Positions 32,667-41,614 of a stretch of DNA of 64,000 nt are shown piece by piece (positions within the stretch are counted from its first letter, which is position 1; each line of letters starts with the position of its first letter). Under the pieces are notes generated by a model. The model was not told where the DNA came from. It ran no database searches and saw nothing but the letters and a program-made list of their open reading frames with translations. The stretch comes from Parcubacteria group bacterium (lineage in GTDB: Bacteria > Patescibacteriota > Patescibacteriia > Buchananbacterales > UBA6539), in the NCBI GenBank assembly GCA_002687175.1, contig NYZP01000001.1, positions 78,236 through 142,235 on the forward strand. The letters run 5' to 3'. The position numbers and the translations under genes were made by a program.

Positions 32667-34797
32667 ATTTATCTAAAAATTGCTTAACTTTTGTCTTGGC
32701 CGGACTTGACTGTTTAAGCCAAACTACGTCATCATTTTTTCTAAACCAAGTCATCTGCCTTTTAGCGAAATCATGAATTGAATTTTTAAGTCCTTCGACT
32801 AATTCTTCTTCAGAAATTTTATCTTGCAAGAAATTAGACACCCAACGATATTCTAATCCAAAATCATTAAGCCTCTGCCAACTGACACCTTGTTGTCTTA
32901 ACTTTTTAACTTCGTCAATCATCCCCTCTTGATTTATTCTGGCTACTAAGCGCTGATCAATCTTTTGATGTAAAATATCCTTAGGGAAGGTAACCCCTAG
33001 CTGTAAAAAATTGTATGGTGGTTTTTTATTATCTTCTTGTTCAGATTTAGGAATTCCAGTTTGGTAAAAAATTTCTAAGGCACGCTGAACTCGACGTCGA
33101 TTCTTTTGATCAATTACTTTATAAGTTTCCGGGTCTATTTTTTTTAGAAGACTTAGTAGTTGCTTTAATGATAGCTTATTTAAATCTATTTTTGGAATTT
33201 GGAATTTGGAATTTGGAATTTCTAAATTATAACCCTCCGTTAAGGCTGAGATATACAAACCAGTTCCCCCGCAAATAATTGGCAATTTACCACGTTTTAA
33301 AATTACGTTAACTTTTTCAAAGGCTAATTTTTGCCAATCCGCTACATTAAACTGACTTTTGGGTGAAACCACATCAATCAAGTGGTATGGTATCTTGCCG
33401 TACTCTCCTAGATCCTTACCAGTGCCAATATCCATTCCTTGATAAACTTGACGAGAATCAGCTGAAATAATTTCACCGTCATATTTTTTGGCTAGCTCAA
33501 CAGCTAACTTGGTTTTTCCAGAAGCAGTAGTACCTAAAACCACTACCACCTTCGGTAACTCCCCGCTTAGCCCCCAGGCATAACAACTGGTAATCTTAAT
33601 AAATATTAATTCACCTGTTCGGTCTATGTCTGATGCAAACTTAATATTTTTATAACTATTAGTCTTGCCAAAGCAAAAACCATCTTTGTAATTATCAACT
33701 AAAACTTCAACTGTTAGACCAACTAATTTTTTGTTATGCGTTAGTGCGGTTTTTTTTAAGATAATATTTAAAGCTTTCTCTCGCCTTTTCTTTTCGTCTT
33801 TTGTAACGTTATCTTTTAGCTCAGCTGCTTTGGTATGAGATCTTTGAGAATATTGTGACAGAAATGCCATATCAAATTTTATATCTTTAAATAACTGCAT
33901 CGTACCGGCAAATTGCTTTTTAGTCTCACCGGGAAAACCGACAATGATATCAGTAGAAACGGCAATACCCGGTATTGCTTTTCTAATTTTTGTGATAATT
34001 TTTTTATACTGTCCGACCGTGTAAAATCGTTTCATTATTTTCAGCATCTTATTATCTCCTGATTGTATTGGTAAATGTAAATAAGGAATAATATGTTCTC
34101 CTGTGGCCATTACTTTAATTAACTTGTCGGTCATAAATTTAGGATGACTACTAGAAAAGCTCAACCAAAAATGGCCAGAAATTGCATCCACTTGTTGTAA
34201 TAATTTTGAAAAATCTGTCTGGTTATGTTTATAACTATTAACTGTCTGTCCTATTAAAATAATCTCTTTATAACCTCGAGCAATTAAATGTTTACATTCT
34301 TTAATAATATTTTTTGGAGACCTTGAAACTTCTCTACCTCGAACATAAGGTACTACACAAAAAGAACAAAATTGATTACAACCCATCATAATTGGTACAT
34401 AGGCCTGGAAACTTGACTGGTAGCTGGGATGAATTTCTGAATAGTCTGCTGGCAGACGTAAAACTTTTTTGGCTAATATGCTTGGTAATTTAGGTAGGTC
34501 AGTTATCGGAAAAACCAGATCAAAAAATTTAGACATCTTAACTTTATCAGATTCCAAAATACAGCCAGACAAAGCCGTGATAAGTGGTTTATTTTTTTTA
34601 ATTTTGCTAAATTTTTTCTCTAACCCATAAATCCGATCAATAGCAGTTTGGCGGATTGAGCAAGCTAAAACTACTACCAAATCAGCTTGATTATCATCAG
34701 TAGTTTTTTGGTAGCCTAAATTTTCTAAAACGGTGGTTACCTTTTCATTATCAGCCACGTTAAACTGACAGCCAAAAGTGATTATTTTGTATTTCAT
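32665..34797 (-). CDS. miaB-miaA: MiaB-MiaA fusion (tRNA methylthiotransferase plus tRNA dimethylallyltransferase)
   Basis: N-half: TFGCQFN, CNQFCSFC radical-SAM motif, DIIVGFPGET, TRAM domain. C-half: GTTASGKT, SADSRQVY, GGTGLY, AKRQMTWFR. One continuous ORF. Confidence 0.93.
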   Translation of the reverse strand: MKYKIITFGCQFNVADNEKVTTVLENLGYQKTTDDNQADLVVVLACSIRQTAIDRIYGLEKKFSKIKKNKPLITALSGCILESDKVKMSKFFDLVFPITDLPKLPSILAKKVLRLPADYSEIHPSYQSSFQAYVPIMMGCNQFCSFCVVPYVRGREVSRSPKNIIKECKHLIARGYKEIILIGQTVNSYKHNQTDFSKLLQQVDAISGHFWLSFSSSHPKFMTDKLIKVMATGEHIIPYLHLPIQSGDNKMLKIMKRFYTVGQYKKIITKIRKAIPGIAVSTDIIVGFPGETKKQFAGTMQLFKDIKFDMAFLSQYSQRSHTKAAELKDNVTKDEKKRREKALNIILKKTALTHNKKLVGLTVEVLVDNYKDGFCFGKTNSYKNIKFASDIDRTGELIFIKITSCYAWGLSGELPKVVVVLGTTASGKTKLAVELAKKYDGEIISADSRQVYQGMDIGTGKDLGEYGKIPYHLIDVVSPKSQFNVADWQKLAFEKVNVILKRGKLPIICGGTGLYISALTEGYNLEIPNSKFQIPKIDLNKLSLKQLLSLLKKIDPETYKVIDQKNRRRVQRALEIFYQTGIPKSEQEDNKKPPYNFLQLGVTFPKDILHQKIDQRLVARINQEGMIDEVKKLRQQGVSWQRLNDFGLEYRWVSNFLQDKISEEELVEGLKNSIHDFAKRQMTWFRKNDDVVWLKQSSPAKTKVKQFLDK
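33191..33218. repeat. (TTTGGAA)x4 heptamer repeat inside the miaA domain
   Basis: Read directly; encodes IPNSKFQIPK. Confidence 0.9.
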
Positions 34798-34960
34798 GAT
34801 AGTCTATAGAATATCATATAATATTGACTATTTCAAGCTAATTTATTGACAAAATACTAATTTTATGTTAGTCTTAAAAGTCTAAAAAAGACAGCAAAAC
34901 AAAGAAATTTCAGTCCATGGTGGACTAAATGCAACTTGAAAATTTACGAGGAGAGAAACG

Positions 34961-36763
34961 ATGAAGAGATTGATTGTGATGGCGATGCTTTTAACGTTGG
35001 TTAGCTCGTCCTGCGCAGCTCAACGAGGGCACTGGAAACCAACGACCAGACAGTACCGGTCTCCGCAAGGGTTTGTTCAGGTCTCTCTTGGAGGCGTTGA
35101 ACAAACTGTAGTGGCCGGTAGTAGAAACATTCGGCTAACCTGGCTAAACTTTTCCAATCACTATGATTGGGGTCAAGACATTACCTCTATTCGGTTAAGA
35201 GTGGAAACCGATGGTGATGTAGTTAATTGGTTGCACGACTTTAGTCTGTATACCGACGACGGCAGACAACTCAGAACAACTAATGATCCTGACGCTGATA
35301 TCGCGGCCGGGGTTGACCGAGAGTACGGCTGGGTCCAATTTGATCTTGACCCTGATGGTATTCCACAGTTTATTGATAGTGATGGTAAGTTGTCACTGTA
35401 CGTTACATTTGGTGTCAGCCCGGGTATCAATGACAACACCTCGATCAAAGCTGTTCTTCATCTCCGGCAGATCACCTTTAAGCCTGTAGACAGACGTCCA
35501 GCCAGGATCACTCCGGCCCGCAGATTAGTAGGCCCGGTGGTTACTGTCCTTGAAAAAGGTCATCTGTCCATTAGCAAAAAAGTGGATACTCCAAATCATT
35601 CTCTGCTGCCGGGATCAACAAATGGCATCACTGCTATGCGGCTCAACCTACTGGCGATTCATGAGAACATTTGGTTGGAGACCTTGCCTGTATACTTTGG
35701 CAAGCTCAATGATGGTGGACCAGATCAGGTGAGGCTCCTTTCTATCTATCGAGATGCAGAATTGATTATCCAGAATGAGCCTACCATGATGGATAATGTG
35801 TCCGATGCGGTATTCGATTATTTACGCCGAACCGGGCGTGATGATATAATTGCCCGCATCGAAGCAGGTTACATACCTACCAATGCCAGTGGTGGTATCG
35901 ACTTGGGATCAAGATCTATCTTCTTACCGCAAGATGAGGTTGTGACTTTAACAATAAAAGTTGACACCTCTGACTCTAACCAACGTCTTGGTTCAATTGG
36001 TGAATCTGGCCAGGGTTTCAATCTTTATATCCCTGGAGAAGAGATTATCGCTAAAGGTGAATTGTCCGGTAGAACAGTTGAGGTAGTCGATGAGGCTTCC
36101 TCCAGCGACTTTCACCTGTTTAGGTCGGTACCATACGTCGCCACCAACGATCTGCTTTCGTCTGGCGGAGTTCCGGGAGGAACAATTGCTGCGGGAATTG
36201 AGCAAATAAAACCGCTCTACGCCTTTGGCATCACCGCTGACTCGTCTGGTGATCTCGGCTTAGGAAGGTTGTCATTTGCCGTTCGGGCAGACAACGTCGG
36301 CTTAGGCAATCTTCAGGTGATTGATCAATTGGGCCAGGTCATTGGCGAGGGATTCGTGGCGGAAAATCCAGACGGAGAATTTATCCTCGATGACGATACG
36401 GTTGTCGTGGTTGATTTCTTCGAGCCTTATACGGTTCCGGCCGGGACAACAAAGGTTCTGACATTAGTCGCCGATATTGAGTGCACTCAAGCTAATGGCT
36501 GTGCTAGCTCAAATAGCGAGGGTAGTGTGTTGTCAGTCCAACTACTCGGTGATCCTGCCTTTCCTGAACTACTCCCTGGGACCTATAACGAAGTCGCCGG
36601 CCAAAGTTGGTTCATCTGGACTGACTTTACCTGGACTCCCGTATTGCAAATTGCCCACGAAGATGTTCTTACTATGCCGCAATGGACTAACGGCTATCGA
36701 GTGATGACTTTTATCGGCAACACTCTGCCGCCAAGGTCCACACCTGTGACTTTCTTACGCTAA
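34961..36763 (+). CDS. large secreted/lipoprotein with S-layer-like Ig repeats
   Basis: Signal with SSC; repeated TLTIKVD/VLTLVADI beta modules; C-terminal WTNGY; GAGGAG SD. Confidence 0.75.
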   Translation: MKRLIVMAMLLTLVSSSCAAQRGHWKPTTRQYRSPQGFVQVSLGGVEQTVVAGSRNIRLTWLNFSNHYDWGQDITSIRLRVETDGDVVNWLHDFSLYTDDGRQLRTTNDPDADIAAGVDREYGWVQFDLDPDGIPQFIDSDGKLSLYVTFGVSPGINDNTSIKAVLHLRQITFKPVDRRPARITPARRLVGPVVTVLEKGHLSISKKVDTPNHSLLPGSTNGITAMRLNLLAIHENIWLETLPVYFGKLNDGGPDQVRLLSIYRDAELIIQNEPTMMDNVSDAVFDYLRRTGRDDIIARIEAGYIPTNASGGIDLGSRSIFLPQDEVVTLTIKVDTSDSNQRLGSIGESGQGFNLYIPGEEIIAKGELSGRTVEVVDEASSSDFHLFRSVPYVATNDLLSSGGVPGGTIAAGIEQIKPLYAFGITADSSGDLGLGRLSFAVRADNVGLGNLQVIDQLGQVIGEGFVAENPDGEFILDDDTVVVVDFFEPYTVPAGTTKVLTLVADIECTQANGCASSNSEGSVLSVQLLGDPAFPELLPGTYNEVAGQSWFIWTDFTWTPVLQIAHEDVLTMPQWTNGYRVMTFIGNTLPPRSTPVTFLR

Positions 36764-36980
36764 CAAGTGTAGAAGTCCAAGGCTAACAAAACCCCCTGGT
36801 TTGCATAATGTCAAACTGTGGGGTTCTTTTTTTATAAAAGTAAAATTTTATATATCTTGACTAAACAGTAATTTTTTAGCTATTATGTGATTATCTTGGC
36901 TTTGTGGCCAAGACAAGAGCTCCTTGAAATTTTTTTGCTCAGAAATGAGCCTCAAACCCCACTTTAACAGGAGAACGCTA

Positions 36981-38645
36981 ATGAACAGCAGAATGAGTAG
37001 TAATATGATGTGCGCTGGAATTGCAACGATCGCGATCGTAACACTTTTGCTATCCAACGCTCAAGCCGAAGACTATGCAATGGATGAAGGTAACAAAATA
37101 CAGTTGTTAAATGTCAGTCTCTGGCTTGATCAACCTAGCTGGGATCCTACTGGCCAAACCTTGGCTTGGTTACAACAAGAATCATCTGGTGCGTGGGTAT
37201 TTGAATTGTGGATTTCCGATTTAACCAATCCCGGAAATGAGGTAAGATTTGTTCAAGCAACCGAGGAAATTCGGAATTCACCAATTGCTTGGTCACCAAA
37301 TAGCCAGTTCATTCTCTACACCACCAAAGCCTTGCAAACTAATCCGCTGCTAGACAGGCCTTCAATTGGTAGGGCTAGCGCCATAACACCTGATACTTTT
37401 GACAATGGTTTTATACGTCCTGACGATTTTGGTTTTGCCAATGATTGTTATGACGTTAGAGATCCGTCTATTGTTTTAACCTCTTCCGGTTATAAACTAA
37501 TAGTGTCAATTATATCTTGGTGCGATGGACCAGTTTATTCCGAAGGAATCTTCGCCATGGATATTAATGATTCGGCTGTACCGAATCTGGCTTCGGTGGT
37601 GAAAATTCTTAATACGTCCAATCTGTTTGTAAATTCAGTATTATCACCTGATGGTGACACCTTGCTGGTTGAACAGCCTTGGACGCCTACAAGTCGTCGC
37701 CTTTTCGCGATTGAAGGGATCGCTGATGTTCTTAGCGGATCAACTCAGCCAATTACTGGTATAGGGGCTAATCCACTCGTTCATCTTCTGAACCCAGAAG
37801 ATACTTACGCTACTAATCCTCAAGCATCGCAAGACGGATCATTAATTTTCTACACCGTTGATATTACTGGTACTTTCGATGAGTCTGACCCAGGTACTTA
37901 CGCAAGTTCTGACCATGACATTGCAGTTGTCAAACGTGAGGATGCGATTGTTGATATTCCAAATCCTAGGTTTCTGAATAGTGATGGTCATCAAAAAGCC
38001 CTTCATTCTGCAGATGGTGGCACAAGATTCGCTTTTGTAGACGTCAACTTTACAACGGGAGTATCGTTGAACCTAGGGACTCTGAATATATCAACAACGA
38101 TCTTTGTGGATCAATCTGGGGTGTCTGCAGAAGAGATCATTCTTGAAGATGGATCTGGATTGAGGCTTGTTTTGCCAGCCGGCACGACAATTGGCGGCAT
38201 TGCTATTCCGGGCGATGGCTTAATTACCATTACGGTCTACACGCCGATAACCCCGTTTCAGGAATTAGCCTTGGCAGACCTCGCAGGTGTAAAATTGACC
38301 AGGTTGTTCGGTCCCAACGGGATTACCATTACTCCACCACAAGGATCAACGGCTACTCTGACTGTTCGCTACACTGATGCCGAGATTCTTGGCTTGGACG
38401 AGTCAAATCTCAATATCGTCGAGTATGGTAATGGGCCACCTCTTACCTTAACGGTAGTTTCTCGAGACTTGGTTAACAACACTCTAACCGTTGAAATCAC
38501 TGGCTTCTCCAAGTTCGCATTGGCTGATGGTTTTATTAGGCCCCCTGGTGTAGGTATGCCGATTTCCCCTTGGTCAATGGCAATTTTGATCCTGGTGATC
38601 ATCGTATTCAGTGCTGTGTTAATCAAACAAAAATCACCTGCTTAG
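36981..38645 (+). CDS. secreted TolB/PD40-like beta-propeller protein with a C-terminal sorting signal
   Basis: PSWDPTG, AWSPNS, LSPDGD and ASQDGS repeats; C-terminal MPISPWSMAIL..TM..KQK (IPTL-CTERM-like); AGGAG SD before ATG at 36981. Confidence 0.75.
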   Translation: MNSRMSSNMMCAGIATIAIVTLLLSNAQAEDYAMDEGNKIQLLNVSLWLDQPSWDPTGQTLAWLQQESSGAWVFELWISDLTNPGNEVRFVQATEEIRNSPIAWSPNSQFILYTTKALQTNPLLDRPSIGRASAITPDTFDNGFIRPDDFGFANDCYDVRDPSIVLTSSGYKLIVSIISWCDGPVYSEGIFAMDINDSAVPNLASVVKILNTSNLFVNSVLSPDGDTLLVEQPWTPTSRRLFAIEGIADVLSGSTQPITGIGANPLVHLLNPEDTYATNPQASQDGSLIFYTVDITGTFDESDPGTYASSDHDIAVVKREDAIVDIPNPRFLNSDGHQKALHSADGGTRFAFVDVNFTTGVSLNLGTLNISTTIFVDQSGVSAEEIILEDGSGLRLVLPAGTTIGGIAIPGDGLITITVYTPITPFQELALADLAGVKLTRLFGPNGITITPPQGSTATLTVRYTDAEILGLDESNLNIVEYGNGPPLTLTVVSRDLVNNTLTVEITGFSKFALADGFIRPPGVGMPISPWSMAILILVIIVFSAVLIKQKSPA

Positions 38646-38689
38646 CAGGCGATTAATGCTCCTTAGTTACATCCCCTCTCCTTGATTTA

Positions 38690-40459
38690 TCAGGAGAGGT
38701 TTTTTTTATCCTTGATTTCCTTTAAAATTTTAGAAATAAATTTCTGGCGATCTATTACTTCAACTTCTTTTTGTCCTCGAATACGAACATTTAAATCTTT
38801 ACTCTTTACTTCTTTCTCACCAATTACTAGCATGTAACGAATTTTTTGTTTTTCTGCCTTACGGATTTTATTACCAACTGTTTCATCTAAATCATCAACC
38901 CACACCCTAATTCCATGTTCTTTAAGCTCATCAGCTAATTTGTTGGCGTCTTTAATAAAACCTTCACTAACCGGTACTATTTGTACTTGAACTGGTGCTA
39001 ACCACAAAGGAAAAGCACCACCATAATGTTCTATTAATATAGCCATAAACCGCTCAAACGATCCGGCAATGGCCCTATGGATTAAAACAGGCCTGACTCG
39101 ATCACCACTTTCGTCTGTATATTCAAGTTTAAATCTGTTAGGCATATTAAAGTCAAGCTGAATAGTCGCCAGCTGCCACTTACGACCAATAGCATCTTTA
39201 GCTTCAAAATCAATCTTGGGCCCATAAAAAGCGGCTTCACCTTCTATTTCTTCAAAAGTTTTTACGCGCTTTTTTAAAATACTTCTTAATTTTGCCTCGG
39301 CTTCTTTCCATACCTTTGGCTCACCAATATACTTATCTGGTTGTTTAGGATCTGATAAAGATAGCCTAGGAATAATTTCCATACCAACTACTTGATAAAA
39401 CTGTTCAATAATATCATAAATCAAATTAGCTTCCTCTTCTATCTGATCTGGGCGGCAAAAAACATGAGCATCATCAATAGTGATTGATCGTACTCTGGTT
39501 AAACCGTGCAATTGACCAGCTTTTTCATCACGATACATTGAAGTAATTTCAAAATATCTTAATGGTAATTCACGATAACTACGCTGGCGAGACGCATAAA
39601 TTTGAGTGTGGTGAGGGCAATTCATCGGCTTTAATACAAAAGCTTCTTCACCTTTTGACGAAACGTGAAAAATATCATCACTAAACTTATCCCAATGCCC
39701 TGAAACTTGATATAACTCTTTTTTAGCTAAGTGTGGTATCCATACACGCTGAAAACCTTTAGGCTCTTGCAAATCGATTAGGTACTGGTCTAAGGCATTT
39801 CTAATAATAGTACCGCGTGGCGTAAACATTGGCAGTCCGCCACCAACTAACTCAGAAAACGTAAACAGATCCAACTCTTGTCCCAATTTACGGTGGTCAT
39901 TTTCCTCGGCTTTTTTAAGTTGTTCTAAATGATTTTTAAGCTCCGCTTCATTATTAAAAGCCACTCCATAGATACGTTGAAGCATCTTATTCTTTTCATC
40001 ACCCTTCCAGTAAGCTCCAGCAACTTTTAAAAGTTTGATTGCCCCAATCTCTTTTGTTGACTTGGCATGATTGCCAGCACAAAGATCAATATATTTCTCT
40101 TTACCATCAATGGCAATCATTTTATTAAAACCAACCTTTTTGTCACCACGCTTTTTAAAATCATTAACTAATTCAACTTTATAAGGTTGTTTAATTGATT
40201 TAAGAAATTTTAAGGCCTCATCAATGGTCATTTCTGACTGTTCGAACTTTTGATTCTGTTTAATAATATGTCTCATCTTTTTTTCAATCTTGGCTAAATC
40301 TGTTTGGGCAAAAGTTTTACTGCCAAGATCTATATCATAATAAAAACCGTCCTCAATTGCCGGTCCGATCGCTAACTTGGCATCAGGAAAAAGCTCAAGT
40401 ACTGCTTGGGCTAATACATGAGAAGAAGAGTGTCTAATTTTTTTTAGCTTTTCGTCCAT
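38690..40459 (-). CDS. thrS: threonine--tRNA ligase
   Basis: RHSSSH, LKPMNCPHH, GLTRVR, AFYGPKID and IHRAIAGS motifs. Confidence 0.98.
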   Translation of the reverse strand: MDEKLKKIRHSSSHVLAQAVLELFPDAKLAIGPAIEDGFYYDIDLGSKTFAQTDLAKIEKKMRHIIKQNQKFEQSEMTIDEALKFLKSIKQPYKVELVNDFKKRGDKKVGFNKMIAIDGKEKYIDLCAGNHAKSTKEIGAIKLLKVAGAYWKGDEKNKMLQRIYGVAFNNEAELKNHLEQLKKAEENDHRKLGQELDLFTFSELVGGGLPMFTPRGTIIRNALDQYLIDLQEPKGFQRVWIPHLAKKELYQVSGHWDKFSDDIFHVSSKGEEAFVLKPMNCPHHTQIYASRQRSYRELPLRYFEITSMYRDEKAGQLHGLTRVRSITIDDAHVFCRPDQIEEEANLIYDIIEQFYQVVGMEIIPRLSLSDPKQPDKYIGEPKVWKEAEAKLRSILKKRVKTFEEIEGEAAFYGPKIDFEAKDAIGRKWQLATIQLDFNMPNRFKLEYTDESGDRVRPVLIHRAIAGSFERFMAILIEHYGGAFPLWLAPVQVQIVPVSEGFIKDANKLADELKEHGIRVWVDDLDETVGNKIRKAEKQKIRYMLVIGEKEVKSKDLNVRIRGQKEVEVIDRQKFISKILKEIKDKKNLS

Positions 40460-41036
40460 AAGATTTTTTCTTGGATTTATTATTTTTTTGTTTCTTTTTT
40501 AAATACTCATTTTTTAGAATTCCCATCCAGATCACATTATGATAATGTCCGTCTCTTAAAACTTGATCTCGAAATTCTCCTTCTTTTCTAAAGCCCACCT
40601 TTTTATAAGACTTATGCCCTCTAATATTATAAGCTAAATGTTGTAAATAAATACGATGAAGTTTTAATTTTTTGAAACCATACTCAATAACTAATTTTGC
40701 CGCTTCGGTGCCTAACCCTTGTCCCCAATATTTCTTGTCCCCAATCATGATACCAAAAGTGGCACGGTTACTATTACTTCTCAAATCTCTTAAGGCAATA
40801 GAGCCAATATGTACCCCCTCTTTAGTCTCAATGGCTAGATCTAGTGTTTCTTTATCTTTTTGATGATCCTTGATCCACTGACGTTCTTCTTTTAGAGTTG
40901 GAACCGGCTGGTCATAAATACCTAAAAATTTTGCAACCTCTTGATCTTTTAACCATTTACAAAAATTTGGAGCATCTTTCAATGACAACGGCCTTAAGAT
41001 TATATTATCTCCCTTTAATGTGATGTTACTTGCCAT
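40434..41036 (-). CDS. RimJ/RimL-family GNAT acetyltransferase
   Basis: LRPL, YWGQGLGTEA, LHRIYL and YKKVGFRKEG motifs. Confidence 0.9.
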   Translation of the reverse strand: MASNITLKGDNIILRPLSLKDAPNFCKWLKDQEVAKFLGIYDQPVPTLKEERQWIKDHQKDKETLDLAIETKEGVHIGSIALRDLRSNSNRATFGIMIGDKKYWGQGLGTEAAKLVIEYGFKKLKLHRIYLQHLAYNIRGHKSYKKVGFRKEGEFRDQVLRDGHYHNVIWMGILKNEYLKKKQKNNKSKKKSYGRKAKKN

Positions 41037-41043
41037 AATTTAA

Positions 41044-41305
41044 AACAAAAAAACCAACCAGAATATTTCTGCTTGGGCCCCGTCCTGAACCATGTCCTGA
41101 GCTTGTTTCAGGATCTATTCAAGATCTGGGGGGTTCCACCCAAATTCTTGTTGCTAATTATCTAGCTAACAACAAGCACTTAATTTGATTGCTTGCCCGC
41201 CAAAGCGAAGCGTAGGCGGGACCTAGAGATTTAGTCTCTTACGTACAAGAGATCCTTTTGACCAAGGAGTACGAATGGTAGTTGTACCAATCACCTTTAG
41301 GTAAA
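41044..41305 (-). promoter_or_regulatory. T-box riboswitch leader for GNAT-thrS
   Basis: Minus-strand T-box AATTTGGGTGGAACC (41133-41147) with antiterminator partner GGGGCCCAA, a stem-III-like hairpin just 5' of it, and a terminator ending in TTTTTTT; upstream of thrS. Confidence 0.8.
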
Positions 41306-41341
41306 TTAATAATAAATCTTTTTATAGATGTTGTCAAGAAT

Positions 41342-41440
41342 AAAAAAATGACGGGAAAGCTCATTATGAGAATCCCGTCCCATGGACTGCTCCAGACAGC
41401 TAAACAGAGCTCAGCCTGACTACGCCACACATTAGTGTGC
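41342..41440 (-). ncRNA. pentamer-periodic small RNA unit 2 (candidate guide RNA)
   Basis: Hairpin CACAC-TAAT-GTGTG, then GGCGT AGTCA GGCTG AGCTC TGTTT AGCTG TCTGG AGCAG TCCAT, then a GACGGGA..TCCCGTC stem and U-tract. Confidence 0.6.
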
Positions 41441-41469
41441 GTAAATATAAATAAGTGCAAAAACTTGGT

Positions 41470-41593
41470 AAAAATGGTGGAGACTTTCCGAAGAAAGTCC
41501 CCACCCCAATGAGCACAAAATAATGAGCTTTGCTCTACTTAGCCTGGCGCCGGGCGACCACTCGCTACGGCAGCATGCTTGAGCATTACTCAA
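41470..41593 (-). ncRNA. pentamer-periodic small RNA unit 1 (candidate guide RNA)
   Basis: Hairpin TTGAG-TAATG-CTCAA, then AGCAT GCTGC CGTAG CGAGT GGTCG CCCGG CGCCA GGCTA AGTAG AGCAA AGCTC, then a UUCG-capped terminator GGTGGGGACTTTC-TTCG-GAAAGTCTCCACC-ATTTTT. Confidence 0.55.
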
Positions 41594-41614
41594 AATTGTG
41601 ACAAATGAACAGAA

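Noticed and set aside
41340-41610. Canonical CRISPR array next to the Cas7-like gene
   Set aside because: No repeated 23-47 bp direct repeats with unique spacers; only 5-nt periodicity.
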